DNA of 64,000 bases, taken from positions 606,131-670,130 of the forward strand of contig OY969116.1 of NCBI GenBank assembly GCA_963698075.1, written 5' to 3'. The position numbers and the translations under genes were made by a program. This DNA comes from an uncultured Candidatus Berkelbacteria bacterium (GTDB lineage: Bacteria; Patescibacteriota; UBA1384; UBA12157; JAENIV01). Below the pieces are notes generated by a model that saw only the letters and a program-made list of their open reading frames with translations, ran no database searches and was not told where the DNA came from. Below are positions 39,482-47,968 of the stretch, piece after piece; position 1 is the first letter of the stretch; every line of letters starts with the position of its first letter.

Positions 39482-39943
39482 TCAGGGTGACTTCATTACC
39501 CTTGTTAGCGCTCGAACGATCTTCGGGGCCATTCGGCTGCGAAATCTGGCGTAGGCTGAGATTGCGCCTGGCCCAGGTCGAAGGCCCAACAGCTCTGCCT
39601 CATAGGACCCTAACCGCTGCCCACAAGAATCATAGAAACAGACATATATCCTCCAGTTGGCTCGATAGGTTCCATTGACCGGCCGCTCTGACATGGATTG
39701 GTTAACGTCCCCGAGGATCCTATAGTCAGCTTGGACTTCCAGGCACATCTGTCGTGCTTGTTCCCAGTCTTGGTCCGGGAAATGAGACACCACGGCGGCC
39801 CCGCGCTTATTTAATTCTTCGCAGACTAAGTAATGAAGCACGCCGAAGCCGTCTCCTTTGAACGGATATCCTTGAAGGTCCTGCCAGAGACATACAGCGA
39901 CTCTCAGCGATATTTGGGAACATCTAACGAATGGGTTTGCCAT
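39482..39943 (-). CDS. Hypothetical protein
   Basis: ACAAAGGAG RBS before ATG 39943. Confidence 0.55.
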   Translation of the reverse strand: MANPFVRCSQISLRVAVCLWQDLQGYPFKGDGFGVLHYLVCEELNKRGAAVVSHFPDQDWEQARQMCLEVQADYRILGDVNQSMSERPVNGTYRANWRIYVCFYDSCGQRLGSYEAELLGLRPGPGAISAYARFRSRMAPKIVRALTRVMKSP

Positions 39944-40012
39944 CCGGTCTTCTCCTTTGTTCAGGTACAACCGATAGAATTGGCTTCTGGCCGATTTTCT
40001 ATCGTTCAAGAG

Positions 40013-40106
40013 ATTATAGTATAAATGGTATAAAATGTCAATAGGTAGAGACATTAATTGTTAAAATAAGGTTAATATTGACTACTATTGATAAATTGTG
40101 TATAAT
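40013..40106. promoter_or_regulatory. Back-to-back sigma70 promoters
   Basis: Minus strand TTGACA-17-TATAAT (40041-40013); plus strand TTGACT-17-TATAAT (40078-40106). Confidence 0.8.
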
Positions 40107-40118
40107 AAATATACAAAT

Positions 40119-40856
40119 ATGGAAAATATTGATTTATCCCCTTTCGGCTTAAATCCAAATCAGGCCAAAATATACCTGGCCTTGCTTGAATTGGGCCAGG
40201 CCAATATTTTAGAGATTGCCAACAAAGCCGGTTTGAGCCGGATCACAGTTTATAACGAGCTCGACGATCTCTTGGCCTTTGGCTATGCCAGTTTTGTTAT
40301 TCAGGGTAAAAGAAAGCTATATTTGCCAGAGCCGCCCCGAAAACTGGAGAAAAGACGGCTTTTCAGGGAGAAAATCGCCCAAGAGACCCTTCCTCAACTG
40401 GAGAAGATGTACGCCTCTGTCACCCACCGGCCATCAGTTAAATTTTATGAGGGGAGAGAAGGTTTAATTACTATGGTTGAAGATGTCCATGCCACGGTTC
40501 CTGATGGCAGTCGTTACGATGTGATGTATAATTCTGAAGCCGAAATCGCCTTGGTGGGTCGTGAAAATTGGAACCGATGGCTTGAGGCGAGGAAAAAGCG
40601 GGGGATTTGGGTCAGGTTAATCTGTGAGAAAACCAGGGAAAGCAAAAAATGGGATAAAGAAGGCGAAAAAACTAACCGAATTGTCAGATTCTTACCCAGG
40701 GGCCAAAAGGTATTTGTCAGCTATCATATTTACGAGAATAAAGTTTCCATTTTTTCTTTAACCGAACCAGTGGTCGGCGTGATTATCGAGAACAAAGAAA
40801 TCGCCGATATGCAAAGAATGCAGTTTGAATATATGTGGCAGGCCTTGAAGGGTTGA
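40119..40856 (+). CDS. TrmB-family transcriptional regulator (4)
   Basis: FGLNPNQAKIYLALLELG...SRITVY; FYEGREG; IYENKV; IIENKEIADMQRMQFEYMW. Confidence 0.9.
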   Translation: MENIDLSPFGLNPNQAKIYLALLELGQANILEIANKAGLSRITVYNELDDLLAFGYASFVIQGKRKLYLPEPPRKLEKRRLFREKIAQETLPQLEKMYASVTHRPSVKFYEGREGLITMVEDVHATVPDGSRYDVMYNSEAEIALVGRENWNRWLEARKKRGIWVRLICEKTRESKKWDKEGEKTNRIVRFLPRGQKVFVSYHIYENKVSIFSLTEPVVGVIIENKEIADMQRMQFEYMWQALKG

Positions 40857-40903
40857 AAAATTCTTAAGATAAGGTATAATGGAAGAGATCCGAAAGGAGC
40901 TAA

Positions 40904-41038
40904 ATGAAAAGAACATATCAACCCCACAACAAACGAAGAAAAAGAGTCCATGGATTCCGCTCAAAGATGAAGACTATCGGCGGCCGGCGGGTTTTGCAAA
41001 GCCGCCGCGCCAAGGGTAGAAAAAGACTGGCGGTATAA
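40904..41038 (+). CDS. rpmH: 50S ribosomal protein L34 (not in the ORF track)
   Basis: [44 protein letters not shown] translated by hand. Confidence 0.96.
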   Translation: MKRTYQPHNKRRKRVHGFRSKMKTIGGRRVLQSRRAKGRKRLAV

Positions 41039-41349
41039 TGTTGGCCAAAAAATTCCGCTTATCCAGAAAACAAATCGGTTTGATTCACAAAAGGGGGAGA
41101 CGGCTGAACGCCGAAGGGATCGGCCTCAAATGCTTACCCAACCATTTAGGATATTCCCGATTTGCCGTCAATGTGCCGATAAGCGTTTCCAAAAAAGCTA
41201 CAGAGCGTAACCGCATCAGACGAATCATCTACGACGAAATCGGCAAAGCCAGCTCCAAAGGCAGCGTTGACTGTCTGATCGGCATCTATCGGAAAGATGA
41301 TGAAGCGGCTATCCGCCAAAAAATCAAAAAAATATGTGTAAGTTTATAG
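41038..41349 (+). CDS. rnpA: RNase P protein component
   Basis: [12 protein letters not shown] (RNR motif); synteny. Confidence 0.9.
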   Translation: MLAKKFRLSRKQIGLIHKRGRRLNAEGIGLKCLPNHLGYSRFAVNVPISVSKKATERNRIRRIIYDEIGKASSKGSVDCLIGIYRKDDEAAIRQKIKKICVSL

Positions 41350-41570
41350 TCAAAAAAGTCATTCGTCTTTATCAGAAAACTTTATCTTTCGACCACGGCC
41401 CCTTATCCGTCTTTTACAGCGAGGGCTTCTGTCGCTTCCAACCCACCTGCAGCCAGTATACTTATGAGGCGATTGACAAATACGGAGTTATAAAGGGCGG
41501 TTGGTTGGGATTCGTGCGGATTTGCCGCTGCACGCCATGGAGCAAAGGAGGATGGGACCCGGTGAAATAA
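41334..41570 (+). CDS. yidD: Membrane protein insertion efficiency factor
   Basis: [10 protein letters not shown]...[16 protein letters not shown]. Confidence 0.93.
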   Translation: MCKFIVKKVIRLYQKTLSFDHGPLSVFYSEGFCRFQPTCSQYTYEAIDKYGVIKGGWLGFVRICRCTPWSKGGWDPVK

Positions 41571-41681
41571 GCTAAAAGCTAAAAACGCAAATGTTAAAAC
41601 TGCAGCAGAAAGCATAAAAGATTAAAATCCTTTAAGTTTTTTCTTGAAGTTTTACGCTTTGCCATTTAAACTTTGACATTT

Positions 41682-42506
41682 ATGACCACCATAAAACTTA
41701 TCTTAAAAACAATTTTATACCGGCCGTTGTATAACGCCCTGATCTTTTTGGTTTGGTTAATTCCTGGTCACAATGTTGCCTGGGCGATTATTATTTTGAC
41801 AATTATCATTCGCCTGATTTTATTGCCCTCCTCGCTTAAGGCCGCGCGCGCTCAAATCAAACTCCGCGACCTCCAGCCGGAACTGACTAAAATCCAGGCC
41901 GAATACAAAGATGACAAAACCAAACAATCCCAGGCGGTAATGGCATTTTATAAAAAACACAAAGTCAGCCCCTGGGGTTCCTGTTTACCGCTCTTGATCC
42001 AATTCCCAATTTTAATCGTTCTTTATTATGTTTTTATCAATGGTTTAGGCACCCAGCGTTTTGATCTTTTATATTCATTTATGCCCAGACCCGAATTTAT
42101 CAATACGATTTGGCTGGGGATTGATTTAGCCAAACCCGACCGTTGGGTTTTACCGATTATTACGGGAATCTTGCAGTTTATCCAAGGCCGCCAAATGCAG
42201 CCCAAACCCCAGCCAGGAAAAAGTCAAGACATGCAGACAGCGATGTCGCGGCAAATGCTTTATTTGATGCCGATTTTTACCGTCATTATTGCCATGAGAT
42301 TGCCGGCAGCGCTGCCTTTGTATTGGGGGATTACGACGCTCTTTGGCATTGGCCAGCAATGGTGGGCGGGAAGAAGCATGAAGCATGAAGTACCAAGTAC
42401 GACGGACGAAGAAAAGAAAGAAGAATATCGCTCGCCGGAAAAACACGAAACCGTTGACAAGCAGGTTAAACATGGAGTGGAAGTGACAGTGAGGAGGAAA
42501 AAATGA
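41682..42506 (+). CDS. yidC: Membrane protein insertase YidC
   Basis: AIIILTIIIRLILLP, LQPEL, GSCLPLLIQFPIL, LYW. Confidence 0.93.
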   Translation: MTTIKLILKTILYRPLYNALIFLVWLIPGHNVAWAIIILTIIIRLILLPSSLKAARAQIKLRDLQPELTKIQAEYKDDKTKQSQAVMAFYKKHKVSPWGSCLPLLIQFPILIVLYYVFINGLGTQRFDLLYSFMPRPEFINTIWLGIDLAKPDRWVLPIITGILQFIQGRQMQPKPQPGKSQDMQTAMSRQMLYLMPIFTVIIAMRLPAALPLYWGITTLFGIGQQWWAGRSMKHEVPSTTDEEKKEEYRSPEKHETVDKQVKHGVEVTVRRKK

Positions 42507-42958
42507 GTCTAGATAAAATCAAGATTGAAAAAACCGCCCAAAACCTTATTGGTCATTTTGATCCCCAGGCGAGATTAGCGGTCGAGATGGCGGAAGGAGG
42601 CTGTAATATCAATATTGATACCGAGATTTCCGGGCTTTTAATTGGTCGCCACGGCGAAACTTTAGAAGCGCTCCAGCACCTTTTAAGATTATTGATTGCT
42701 AAAGAACAAGAGGAATTCGTGCCTTTGATTTTGGATATTGCCGGCTATCGCGCCGCAAGGCAACAGGAACTGGAAACCCTGGCTCGTGATTTAGCCCAAA
42801 AAGTTAAAAACTTTGGTGGCTCGGAAACTATGCCCTCGATGAGCGCCTACGAAAGGCGATTGGTTCATGTCTTGCTCCAGGATATCGAAGGCATCGAAAG
42901 CGCCTCCGAAGGCGAAGAACCGTACCGGCGGATTGTGATAAGACCGGGAAAGAAATAG
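42503..42958 (+). CDS. jag: Jag/KhpB RNA-binding protein (KH plus R3H)
   Basis: LLIGRHGETLEALQ; MSAYERRLVH; SEGEEPYR. Confidence 0.9.
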   Translation: MSLDKIKIEKTAQNLIGHFDPQARLAVEMAEGGCNINIDTEISGLLIGRHGETLEALQHLLRLLIAKEQEEFVPLILDIAGYRAARQQELETLARDLAQKVKNFGGSETMPSMSAYERRLVHVLLQDIEGIESASEGEEPYRRIVIRPGKK

Positions 42959-43048
42959 GGAGAGGTGCTGGAGTGGTTGATCAGGCCGCTCTCGAAAAGC
43001 GGTAAGTCCGCAAGGGCTTCGTGAGTTCGAATCTCACCCTCTCCGCCA
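42959..43048 (+). tRNA. tRNA-Ser(CGA)
   Basis: GGAGAGG/CCTCTCC acceptor stem, CCGCT-ctCGAaa-AGCGG anticodon arm, long variable arm, GTTCGAATC, 3' GCCA. Confidence 0.96.
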
Positions 43049-43231
43049 GAATTACTTTGGAACTTTTTAAGACAGTGGAAAAGGACATAAGGTTGAGAAG
43101 AAAGCAAGAAAGACCGTTTTGGGTCTTTTTTGGTGCCAAATAGGGCTATTTTTAAATGATAGAGGAAGGGATTCGAACCTTTGCTTTAACCATAAAAGGC
43201 TCCGTAGTTTGGAACCTTTCGCTAATATTGC

Positions 43232-44593
43232 CTATTGTTTGATGATAACTTGCTTATCTTGTAGGTAAATTGTTGTATTCAGGCAGCCGATTAGCTCTCT
43301 TTTTTGTTCCTTGGTGCCTTCTTGAAAGATGTATTTGATAAAATCAGGCGGAATGAGCTCATTTTCTGATTGATCGATGTTTTGTCCTTCTAAAGTACGC
43401 TTAATCAGCATAATTTTATCTAATTCCGGTTTTAAGATTGGTTTAACTTCGACTTCTTGGATTGGTGCCTGTTTTAGGTGTTCGGTTAGCTGTTCTACGA
43501 GCTTTTCTTCTCTGATATACGGTTCGGAACAGTCAAAATCATTAAATTGAGTGCAGTGATAGTAAATATATCTTCTTTTGGTCCCACTACTGAAGTTTCG
43601 AGTAATCTCCTGGGCTGTGATCCCCGAGTTGCACGAGCCACATTTGAATAATCTAGTGAAATCAAATTGTTTGGTACCAGGTTTTGATTTCGGCGGGACA
43701 ACCATTTTCTTCTGTACCGCATCAAATAACTCCTTGGAGATAATTGGTTCGTACGAACCTTTGTACCATTTGCCATCGTATGTAAAAAAGCCGGAATAAT
43801 ATGGATTATTAAGCATTTTATAGATAACACTCAGCGTTAATACCTTACCGTTTCGAGATCTAAAATTAGTTTCGTCTTTTAACCAGTCATATATATCACG
43901 GCCCGAACAACCTTCATATGCAACTTTTTCAAATATCTGTTTAATAATCGGAGCTCTTTCTTTGTCAACAAATACCTTTTTTAACCCTTTACCCGAATAA
44001 TAATCATTTAGATAGCCTAAAGGTGCAAAATTCGGTCTAAATCCCATCTCACACTTGGTTTTCTGACCTCTTTTAACATTAATGCCCCTGTTATCGTTTT
44101 CAAGTTTGGCTTGAGAGCAAAGAATCATTAAAAGGAACTTGTCATTTGGTGAATTGGTGAAAATTTGACCATGAGTTCTGATTTCCTTCAAATAGCCATT
44201 ATCCATCAAATCGATTATCGAGCCCAAATCTCCGGCATTTCGGCTTAATCTGTCCGGTGCCCAGCTCAATATCCCTTGAAACAAACCATTTTTGATATCG
44301 ACTATTAATTGATTCAAGACTGGTCTCATGCCGGTCGCTTTAGCCGAATGACTTTCTCTTCTAATATCAGTTACCAAAAGACCCTCATTTTGTGCCTGAA
44401 CGGCCATTTCTCTTATCTGGGAATCAATTGAAAGGGCCTGCCGTTCATCGTCTTCGCTGCTTTTTCGAGCGTAAAGACAGTAACGAACAGCCGCTTTTTG
44501 GGCTTCTGGGGCTTGAATTGGCTTGCCGTTTTGCTCCTTAGGTAGTAGAAGCGGCGAAGTATTGGTTAAATTTACTCCTTGGGGACTCATCAT
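43232..44593 (-). CDS. Large serine recombinase
   Basis: YARKSSE...SIDSQ, RP, DRLSRN, PLGY, NPYYSG, CGSC...YYHC Zn ribbon. Confidence 0.93.
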   Translation of the reverse strand: MMSPQGVNLTNTSPLLLPKEQNGKPIQAPEAQKAAVRYCLYARKSSEDDERQALSIDSQIREMAVQAQNEGLLVTDIRRESHSAKATGMRPVLNQLIVDIKNGLFQGILSWAPDRLSRNAGDLGSIIDLMDNGYLKEIRTHGQIFTNSPNDKFLLMILCSQAKLENDNRGINVKRGQKTKCEMGFRPNFAPLGYLNDYYSGKGLKKVFVDKERAPIIKQIFEKVAYEGCSGRDIYDWLKDETNFRSRNGKVLTLSVIYKMLNNPYYSGFFTYDGKWYKGSYEPIISKELFDAVQKKMVVPPKSKPGTKQFDFTRLFKCGSCNSGITAQEITRNFSSGTKRRYIYYHCTQFNDFDCSEPYIREEKLVEQLTEHLKQAPIQEVEVKPILKPELDKIMLIKRTLEGQNIDQSENELIPPDFIKYIFQEGTKEQKRELIGCLNTTIYLQDKQVIIKQ

Positions 44594-44763
44594 TACTCCT
44601 TAAACCTCTAGGTCAAGGGAGATGATACCGCCCATGTTGGGGAAGTCAAGGCCTAATTTTTAAAATCAACCAAAATGTCCACAAACCAGTAAAAAGCTTC
44701 CCAAATGACTTTAGCTATGCTAAAATCAGAGTAGTTTCAGAAATACCTTAAAAATCGCCTAAA

Positions 44764-44902
44764 TCTCGCTTTTGCGGGACATGGCTCACAAATCACACGC
44801 AAATAAAGACGGTCTTCCGACCGCACCATTTGCGTGTGTCTGTGCCCGAAAGGGTACAGGGTAGTCCCGAAAGGGGCTGCCGCGGTTCGGGAGACCATTT
44901 TT
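44764..44902 (+). ncRNA. Unidentified structured RNA or leader
   Basis: Five pairings including two GAAA-tetraloop hairpins and a loop-to-3' helix followed by a T run (see findings). Confidence 0.55.
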
Positions 44903-44960
44903 GTATTTAAAAAGGTTTTTGGTCGATAACCAATAATTAAAAGTTAGAAAGGAAAAAACA

Positions 44961-45416
44961 ATGGAAAACAAGAAAAAAGGGATGTCAACTTTGGCTAAAT
45001 TAGGCATTGGTTGTGGCGGTTTTATCATCCTTATTATCATTATCGCTGTAGCTGTCGGATCAGGTAGTAAGGGTTCCAACACCCAAAAGGTAACCAATCC
45101 CGAAAAATCTTCCGGAGAGACGACTACCAATCAGTCTAAACCTGCAACTGAAAAAATGACCATTACCAACTCAAACGCCAAAGATAAGGGTTATGGCATG
45201 TGGGAAGTGGTCGGCGAAGTCAAAAACAATGACTCGATTAAACATTCAGCTTTTTTAAAAGCCACCTTCTATGGTGATAGTGGTCAAATTTTAGGGACAG
45301 CATCTGGAGCGGTAAATGATGTCACGCCAGGTGAGACAAAAACCTTCAATCTGATCAGCACTGATTCTGTCACTGGCTACAAGGAAATGAAAGTCCAAGT
45401 CGACACCCTAATATAA
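44961..45416 (+). CDS. Membrane-anchored FxLYD-type domain protein
   Basis: TM, Ser/Thr linker, VVGEVKNN...ATFYGDSGQILG...PGETKTF. Confidence 0.7.
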   Translation: MENKKKGMSTLAKLGIGCGGFIILIIIIAVAVGSGSKGSNTQKVTNPEKSSGETTTNQSKPATEKMTITNSNAKDKGYGMWEVVGEVKNNDSIKHSAFLKATFYGDSGQILGTASGAVNDVTPGETKTFNLISTDSVTGYKEMKVQVDTLI

Positions 45417-45448
45417 GAGCAGGAGTTAAATTAGCAAAGGAGTTTTTT

Positions 45449-46114
45449 ATGAAAAAGCTGATTTTGGTTTTCTTTCTTTTGATGTTTATAACCATTCCAC
45501 TTACAAATGTCAAAGCGTCAGCACCCTTCGATGGTAAAATGATTGCTTTAGACGCTGGACATGGTGGAAGCGATACTGGGGCAGTCAACGGCGCGTATGG
45601 GCTGCAGGAAAAAGATGTTAATTTAGCGGTTGTTTATGCTTTAAGAGACAAGTTAAAATCGGCAGGTGCGACTGTTGTTTTAACGCGTGAAGAGGATGAG
45701 ACGATTGTTTCGCGCAAAGAACGGATTGATATTGCTAAACAAAAATGCGCCAGTTATGGCCGAGAGTGCGATATTTTAGTTTCCATGCACCACAACGGCT
45801 CATATGACCCTAGAACAGACGGAACAATGGTTATTTATAATGAAAAACAAGACAAACCTTTAGCTTTCGCTTTGCACGATAGTTTAATAAATAGCTTGGG
45901 ATTGCCTGACTTAGGATATGAAAATGGCGGTTATGGCATTACCGTTCATGGTCATTTGGTATCGGTTTTAACGGAGGCCTATTTTATCACAAATGACTAT
46001 GAAGCCCAGCAATATCTTTCCGGTAATCGCAAAGATCAAGAAGTCCAAGCTCTTTATGATGGCATAGGTATATATTTCATAAATAAGCCAGTGAAAAAGG
46101 GCCGAACAAACTAA
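45449..46114 (+). CDS. N-acetylmuramoyl-L-alanine amidase (Amidase_3)
   Basis: Signal peptide; LDAGHGG, EKDVNL, LTR, SMHHN, LTEAYFITN. Confidence 0.9.
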   Translation: MKKLILVFFLLMFITIPLTNVKASAPFDGKMIALDAGHGGSDTGAVNGAYGLQEKDVNLAVVYALRDKLKSAGATVVLTREEDETIVSRKERIDIAKQKCASYGRECDILVSMHHNGSYDPRTDGTMVIYNEKQDKPLAFALHDSLINSLGLPDLGYENGGYGITVHGHLVSVLTEAYFITNDYEAQQYLSGNRKDQEVQALYDGIGIYFINKPVKKGRTN

Positions 46115-46143
46115 TTATTCAATAGTGAAATTTAATTAAGAAA

Positions 46144-47214
46144 TCAGTCCTTGATAATTTTTTCAATTTCTTTTCTGATGCCGTTACCTCGACAATGTTT
46201 TAGAATGCCAAGATAAGATTGGATACTCATCTCCAATAATTCTGCATCCAGCGAGCCGTCAAGAAACAATTGATAATTATATCGAATATTTTTTAATATC
46301 CGTCGTTTAGTTGTAGCCCGTAAGACTATATGGTGAGGAAATAGAACATATCCCAAGAAATCAATTCCCTGGGTCCATTTCTTTATATGAATTTTATGTG
46401 GATGAAGTTGCAGTAAAAGATGATTTTTTAAAAATCCTTCAAGAATAGGAATTAAACTTTCTAAATGTATTTTATCTCTACTGATAATGATGAAATCGTC
46501 TGCATATCTGACAAAACACTTAACACTTAATCCTCTTTTTACAAATTGGTCCATAGGATTCAAATAGATATTAGAGAAAAGCTGAGAAGTAAGATTGCCA
46601 AGCGGTATTCCCCGAGTCTTAAATGCAGAATTGACGCTTTCATAGCTCGTAATAATTTCTTTAAGGAGCCATAATAATTTTTTCTCCTCAATTTTTTCAG
46701 ATAATAGATCCATTAAAGCTTGATGGTCGACTGAATCAAAGAATTTTGAGATATCACATTTCAAGAACCAAACGGGTTTAGTGTTATTTTTAGATAATCT
46801 CCAAGCAAGCTTTTGGCATTTCCTAATAGCTTTATGAGTGCCTTTGTTTTTCCGGCTGGAGTAAGAATCAAAGATAAAACCTTTATCAAATAATGGTTCG
46901 ATAACCCTCATTATCGCGTGATGGAGGACCCTGTCTTTGACTTGGGCTTTGTGAATATGTCTTAGCTTCGGATCACAAATATAAAAAGAGGCATAACTTG
47001 AATGCCGATAAGACAGATTTAGGAGGTCATAATGTAAAGCAAAGATATTGTTCTCAAGGTTTATTCCGAACTCTCTTACATCTGCTTTTTTCTCTTTTCC
47101 CACCTTAAACTCTTTCCAAGCAGCAAATAAATTATTAAGTGAGATTATTTGGAGGTATAAATTATGAATAACACTTTCGCTATCAACAAATTCTTCGATA
47201 TTTCTATTATCCAT
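46144..47214 (-). CDS. DGR reverse transcriptase
   Basis: PKLRHI, DRVLHHA, KCDISKFF, GIPLGNLTSQ (DGR-type SQ), RYADD, DFLGY; no maturase or endonuclease domain. Confidence 0.95.
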   Translation of the reverse strand: MDNRNIEEFVDSESVIHNLYLQIISLNNLFAAWKEFKVGKEKKADVREFGINLENNIFALHYDLLNLSYRHSSYASFYICDPKLRHIHKAQVKDRVLHHAIMRVIEPLFDKGFIFDSYSSRKNKGTHKAIRKCQKLAWRLSKNNTKPVWFLKCDISKFFDSVDHQALMDLLSEKIEEKKLLWLLKEIITSYESVNSAFKTRGIPLGNLTSQLFSNIYLNPMDQFVKRGLSVKCFVRYADDFIIISRDKIHLESLIPILEGFLKNHLLLQLHPHKIHIKKWTQGIDFLGYVLFPHHIVLRATTKRRILKNIRYNYQLFLDGSLDAELLEMSIQSYLGILKHCRGNGIRKEIEKIIKD

Positions 47215-47532
47215 AAGACCTATAAATTCTATTTACATTTATATTCGGTTAATCAAACCTTGCCCAAAAAAGATCGTTATGGTTTAGGTCTGAAAACGGA
47301 AAATTTAGCGATGCAAATGCTCGAAATGCTTTTTGAAGCCAATGCTAAATCCGGAAGCCAAAGGGTTGAGATGCTAAACAAAATAGATTTGAAACTTAAA
47401 GTTTTACAGACCGTTATCCGACTTTGCTGGGAAGCAAAAGCGCTTGATGAAAATAAGTACATAAAACTACAAGAGCTTTTACAGGAAATCGGAAAAATGC
47501 TCGGTGGTTGGATCAAAGCAACCAAAATGTAA
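47164..47532 (+). CDS. avd: Avd-like four-helix-bundle accessory protein
   Basis: LPKKDRYGLG...LKVL..VIRL...EIGKMLGGWIK; GGAGG RBS at 47151. Confidence 0.88.
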   Translation: MNNTFAINKFFDISIIHKTYKFYLHLYSVNQTLPKKDRYGLGLKTENLAMQMLEMLFEANAKSGSQRVEMLNKIDLKLKVLQTVIRLCWEAKALDENKYIKLQELLQEIGKMLGGWIKATKM

Positions 47533-47556
47533 TTGACTTGTGGATAAGAACTTTTA

Positions 47557-47681
47557 AGACTTCGGGAGAAGGAAACGCCGAGATTGTCATTCCGATTGTC
47601 AGGTTCATTCGCATTGACATTGACACCATCAGACTTGAAGTTGCCGACATTGACGAGCTTGCCCTCAGAGTTCCGACGTTT
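47557..47681 (-). repeat. DGR template repeat (TR)
   Basis: AAY-codon-rich copy; all differences from the two VRs fall at TR adenines (minus strand). Confidence 0.95.
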
Positions 47682-47968
47682 CCTACACTTTTCCATCCAA
47701 GGCAGCAGTAATATGTGGTTTTTACCCAGACATTACTTGTATTAATATGTGGCAGCATCCGCTTAATGAGCGAAACCTGCACCAGAAAAGTGTAGAGCAG
47801 TCTTAATTTAGTAGGCGAAGCGCATCCGTAAACACGCTTTCATTGCCTAATAACATTTTACCAGCAATTTAGTAATTCTAAAAGAAGAGATCTATATAAA
47901 AAATTTTGGATCGGCTGCCAACCCAGAGGGTTGGCAGATCAAAGTTTCAAATATCAACGCTCAAAGTG

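Noticed and set aside
44758-44902. c-di-GMP-I or c-di-AMP riboswitch
   Set aside because: Only a CCTAAA...ATGGC resemblance; the conserved cores are not in the right order
46144-47214. RT as group II intron, retron or CRISPR-associated RT
   Set aside because: Short protein with LGNLTSQ, no maturase or endonuclease domain, and adjacent avd, TR and VRs identify a DGR
47277-47696. 139-aa ORF over the TR
   Set aside because: It is the Asn-rich reading of the TR running into the antisense of avd; no evidence it is a gene
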